Origin: Tubulanus polymorphus
Lineage: Eukaryota > Animalia > Nemertea
Assembly: GCF_964204645.1 (NCBI RefSeq)
Contig: NC_134027.1
Coordinates: 15,408,485 to 15,472,484, forward strand
Reading direction: 5' to 3'
DNA: 64,000 nucleotides
Shown: positions 63,429 through 64,000 of the stretch, in pieces
Layout of the letters: each line of letters starts with the position of its first letter
How positions within the stretch are numbered: position 1 is the stretch's first letter
Made by a program: the position numbers and the translations under genes
The notes under the pieces: model-generated
The model's input: only the letters and a program-made list of their open reading frames with translations
Database searches by the model: none
What the model was told of the DNA's origin: nothing

Positions 63429-63853
63429 TTAATAATTTATTAATTCTTTTAATAATTTATCTTGTTCTTCAACTGTTATATGACCATTTAAACTTATGAT
63501 ATAATCTAGTGTGTTCTTTAATTTATTAATTTCTTTTATATTAGTTTTAATTTTTTCTTTATTACTTTTTATATTTAATTTTGAACTTATACCAGTTAAA
63601 ACACTTGAACTTAATCCTAACACGCCAATTGATATAGCTAAAGGTGTTAAAGGACTGAATATTGCTAGAAATGTTATTACAGAACTAATTGTAACCGAAC
63701 CACTAATAATCAAATAATATATAATTTTACTTTTTAAATATTTTTTCTTTTTAATTTTAAATCATTTTCAAATTCTAATATTTGTTTTTCTAAATATATT
63801 TTTAATTTAGTTTTATTTATATCATGAGGAATAATATCAATATTATCTACCAT
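63429..63853 (-). pseudogene. Two-TM protein, homolog of 49408
   Basis: Near-identical protein, with a 1-nt deletion at ~63755. Confidence 0.8.
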
Positions 63854-64000
63854 TTATTTAGAAAAAAGTACTAATTAGTAAATTTATATGCTACATATAT
63901 AACAATAACAGTTCCACCTAAAATCCATATTATTTCATATTTCTGTTGTTCTTTACTAGGAGTATAATAATCTGATAAATTAGGTTTGTATAGATGTAAT

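Larger units (their letters stand above)
55790..64000 (-). mobile_element. Polinton/adintovirus-like virus, copy B (runs off the window end)
   Basis: Major capsid, rve integrase, A32-like ATPase and three genes shared with copy A, in the opposite orientation. Confidence 0.93.

Overview
A eukaryotic, very AT-rich window made almost entirely of transposons, probably from a marine invertebrate (inferred from the mix of TE families). I recognise no host gene. From 5' to 3' it holds: duplicated CR1-like RT fragments and a Harbinger-type MITE; a truncated Penelope-like element; a 5'-truncated Ty3/gypsy element (protease, RT, RNase H, integrase with chromodomain, F-type env, 3' LTR); decayed P-like and hAT-like transposases, the latter split by a CACTA-type insertion; a BEL/Pao fragment; a second gypsy remnant with an SGNH ORF; and Helitron remnants. 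It ends with two convergent copies of a Polinton/adintovirus-like virus. Copy A (+) carries pPolB, minor capsid and membrane proteins. Copy B (-) carries major capsid, integrase and packaging ATPase. Between them lies the env/3' LTR half of another env-bearing gypsy element. Three observations stand out. (1) Almost every Polinton gene starts at WATAAATG, often after a T-run, which resembles poxvirus late/intermediate promoters and suggests a virophage-like dependence on a cytoplasmic large DNA virus. (2) Both env genes share a C-terminal extension that looks like a second membrane protein released by signal peptidase. (3) A Polinton gene is joined in frame to env just before the furin site. 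All calls come from reading motifs by eye; no searches were run.
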